From contig NC_082732.1 of assembly GCF_030144855.1 (NCBI RefSeq), forward strand, positions 31,434,001-31,498,000: 64,000 nt of DNA, given 5' to 3'. Each line of letters starts with the position of its first letter. Position 1 is the first letter of the stretch. Positions 63,861 through 64,000 of this stretch are shown in pieces. The stretch is from Hypanus sabinus. Taxonomy: Eukaryota. The position numbers were made by a program, and so were the translations under genes. The notes beneath the pieces are model-generated. The model was not told the DNA's origin, made no database searches, and was given only the letters and a program-made list of their open reading frames with translations.

Positions 63861-64000
63861 TATGAAGTGTTTTTCTGTGACTGTAGCCCCTGAAACTAAA
63901 TCACAGTATGAGTGTACCCTCAATGACTATATTCGTCTGTTGTGTTAACAATTTGTCTATAATTTACAGTGGCCAATTAATCTACCAGCACGTCCTTGGG

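Noticed and set aside
51442-64000. Upstream PLCH2 EF-hand/PH exons
   Set aside because: I searched by eye for the expected MMSTRRDLY/EQK exon and did not find it. It presumably lies beyond the window.

Overview
Eukaryotic, repeat-rich vertebrate DNA. The repeat repertoire (Penelope-like elements, CR1, Rex/Babar, V-SINE, Deu-SINE) suggests a cartilaginous fish, probably a ray; this is inference. The window lies inside the phospholipase C eta-2 gene (PLCH2) on the minus strand. Ten coding exons between 51441 and 483 have GT-AG boundaries and consistent phases (1333 nt). They encode the end of the EF-hand region, the catalytic X box, the X-Y linker and most of the Y box. The 5' and 3' exons lie outside the window. 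The introns hold a full-length but mutated CsRn1-type Gypsy LTR retrotransposon (33116-37313), a decayed hAT/Charlie transposon containing a solo LTR, long CR1 LINEs, Penelope fragments, Tc1/pogo/hAT MITEs, SINEs, a higher-order minisatellite and a 151-nt N gap. Most short ORFs in the supplied track are spurious or TE remnants. The most notable observations are: (1) about 10 decayed minimal hammerhead ribozyme motifs in Penelope terminal repeats, with inversion junctions falling at the ribozyme; (2) a candidate in-frame 45-nt exon in the regulatory X-Y linker; (3) an approximately 660-nt AG-free zone before one exon, suggesting a distant branch point; (4) a young, CpG-rich Gypsy element with a tRNA-Trp PBS, CHCC Gag motif and -1 frameshift site. 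I found no convincing wholly new multi-gene system.
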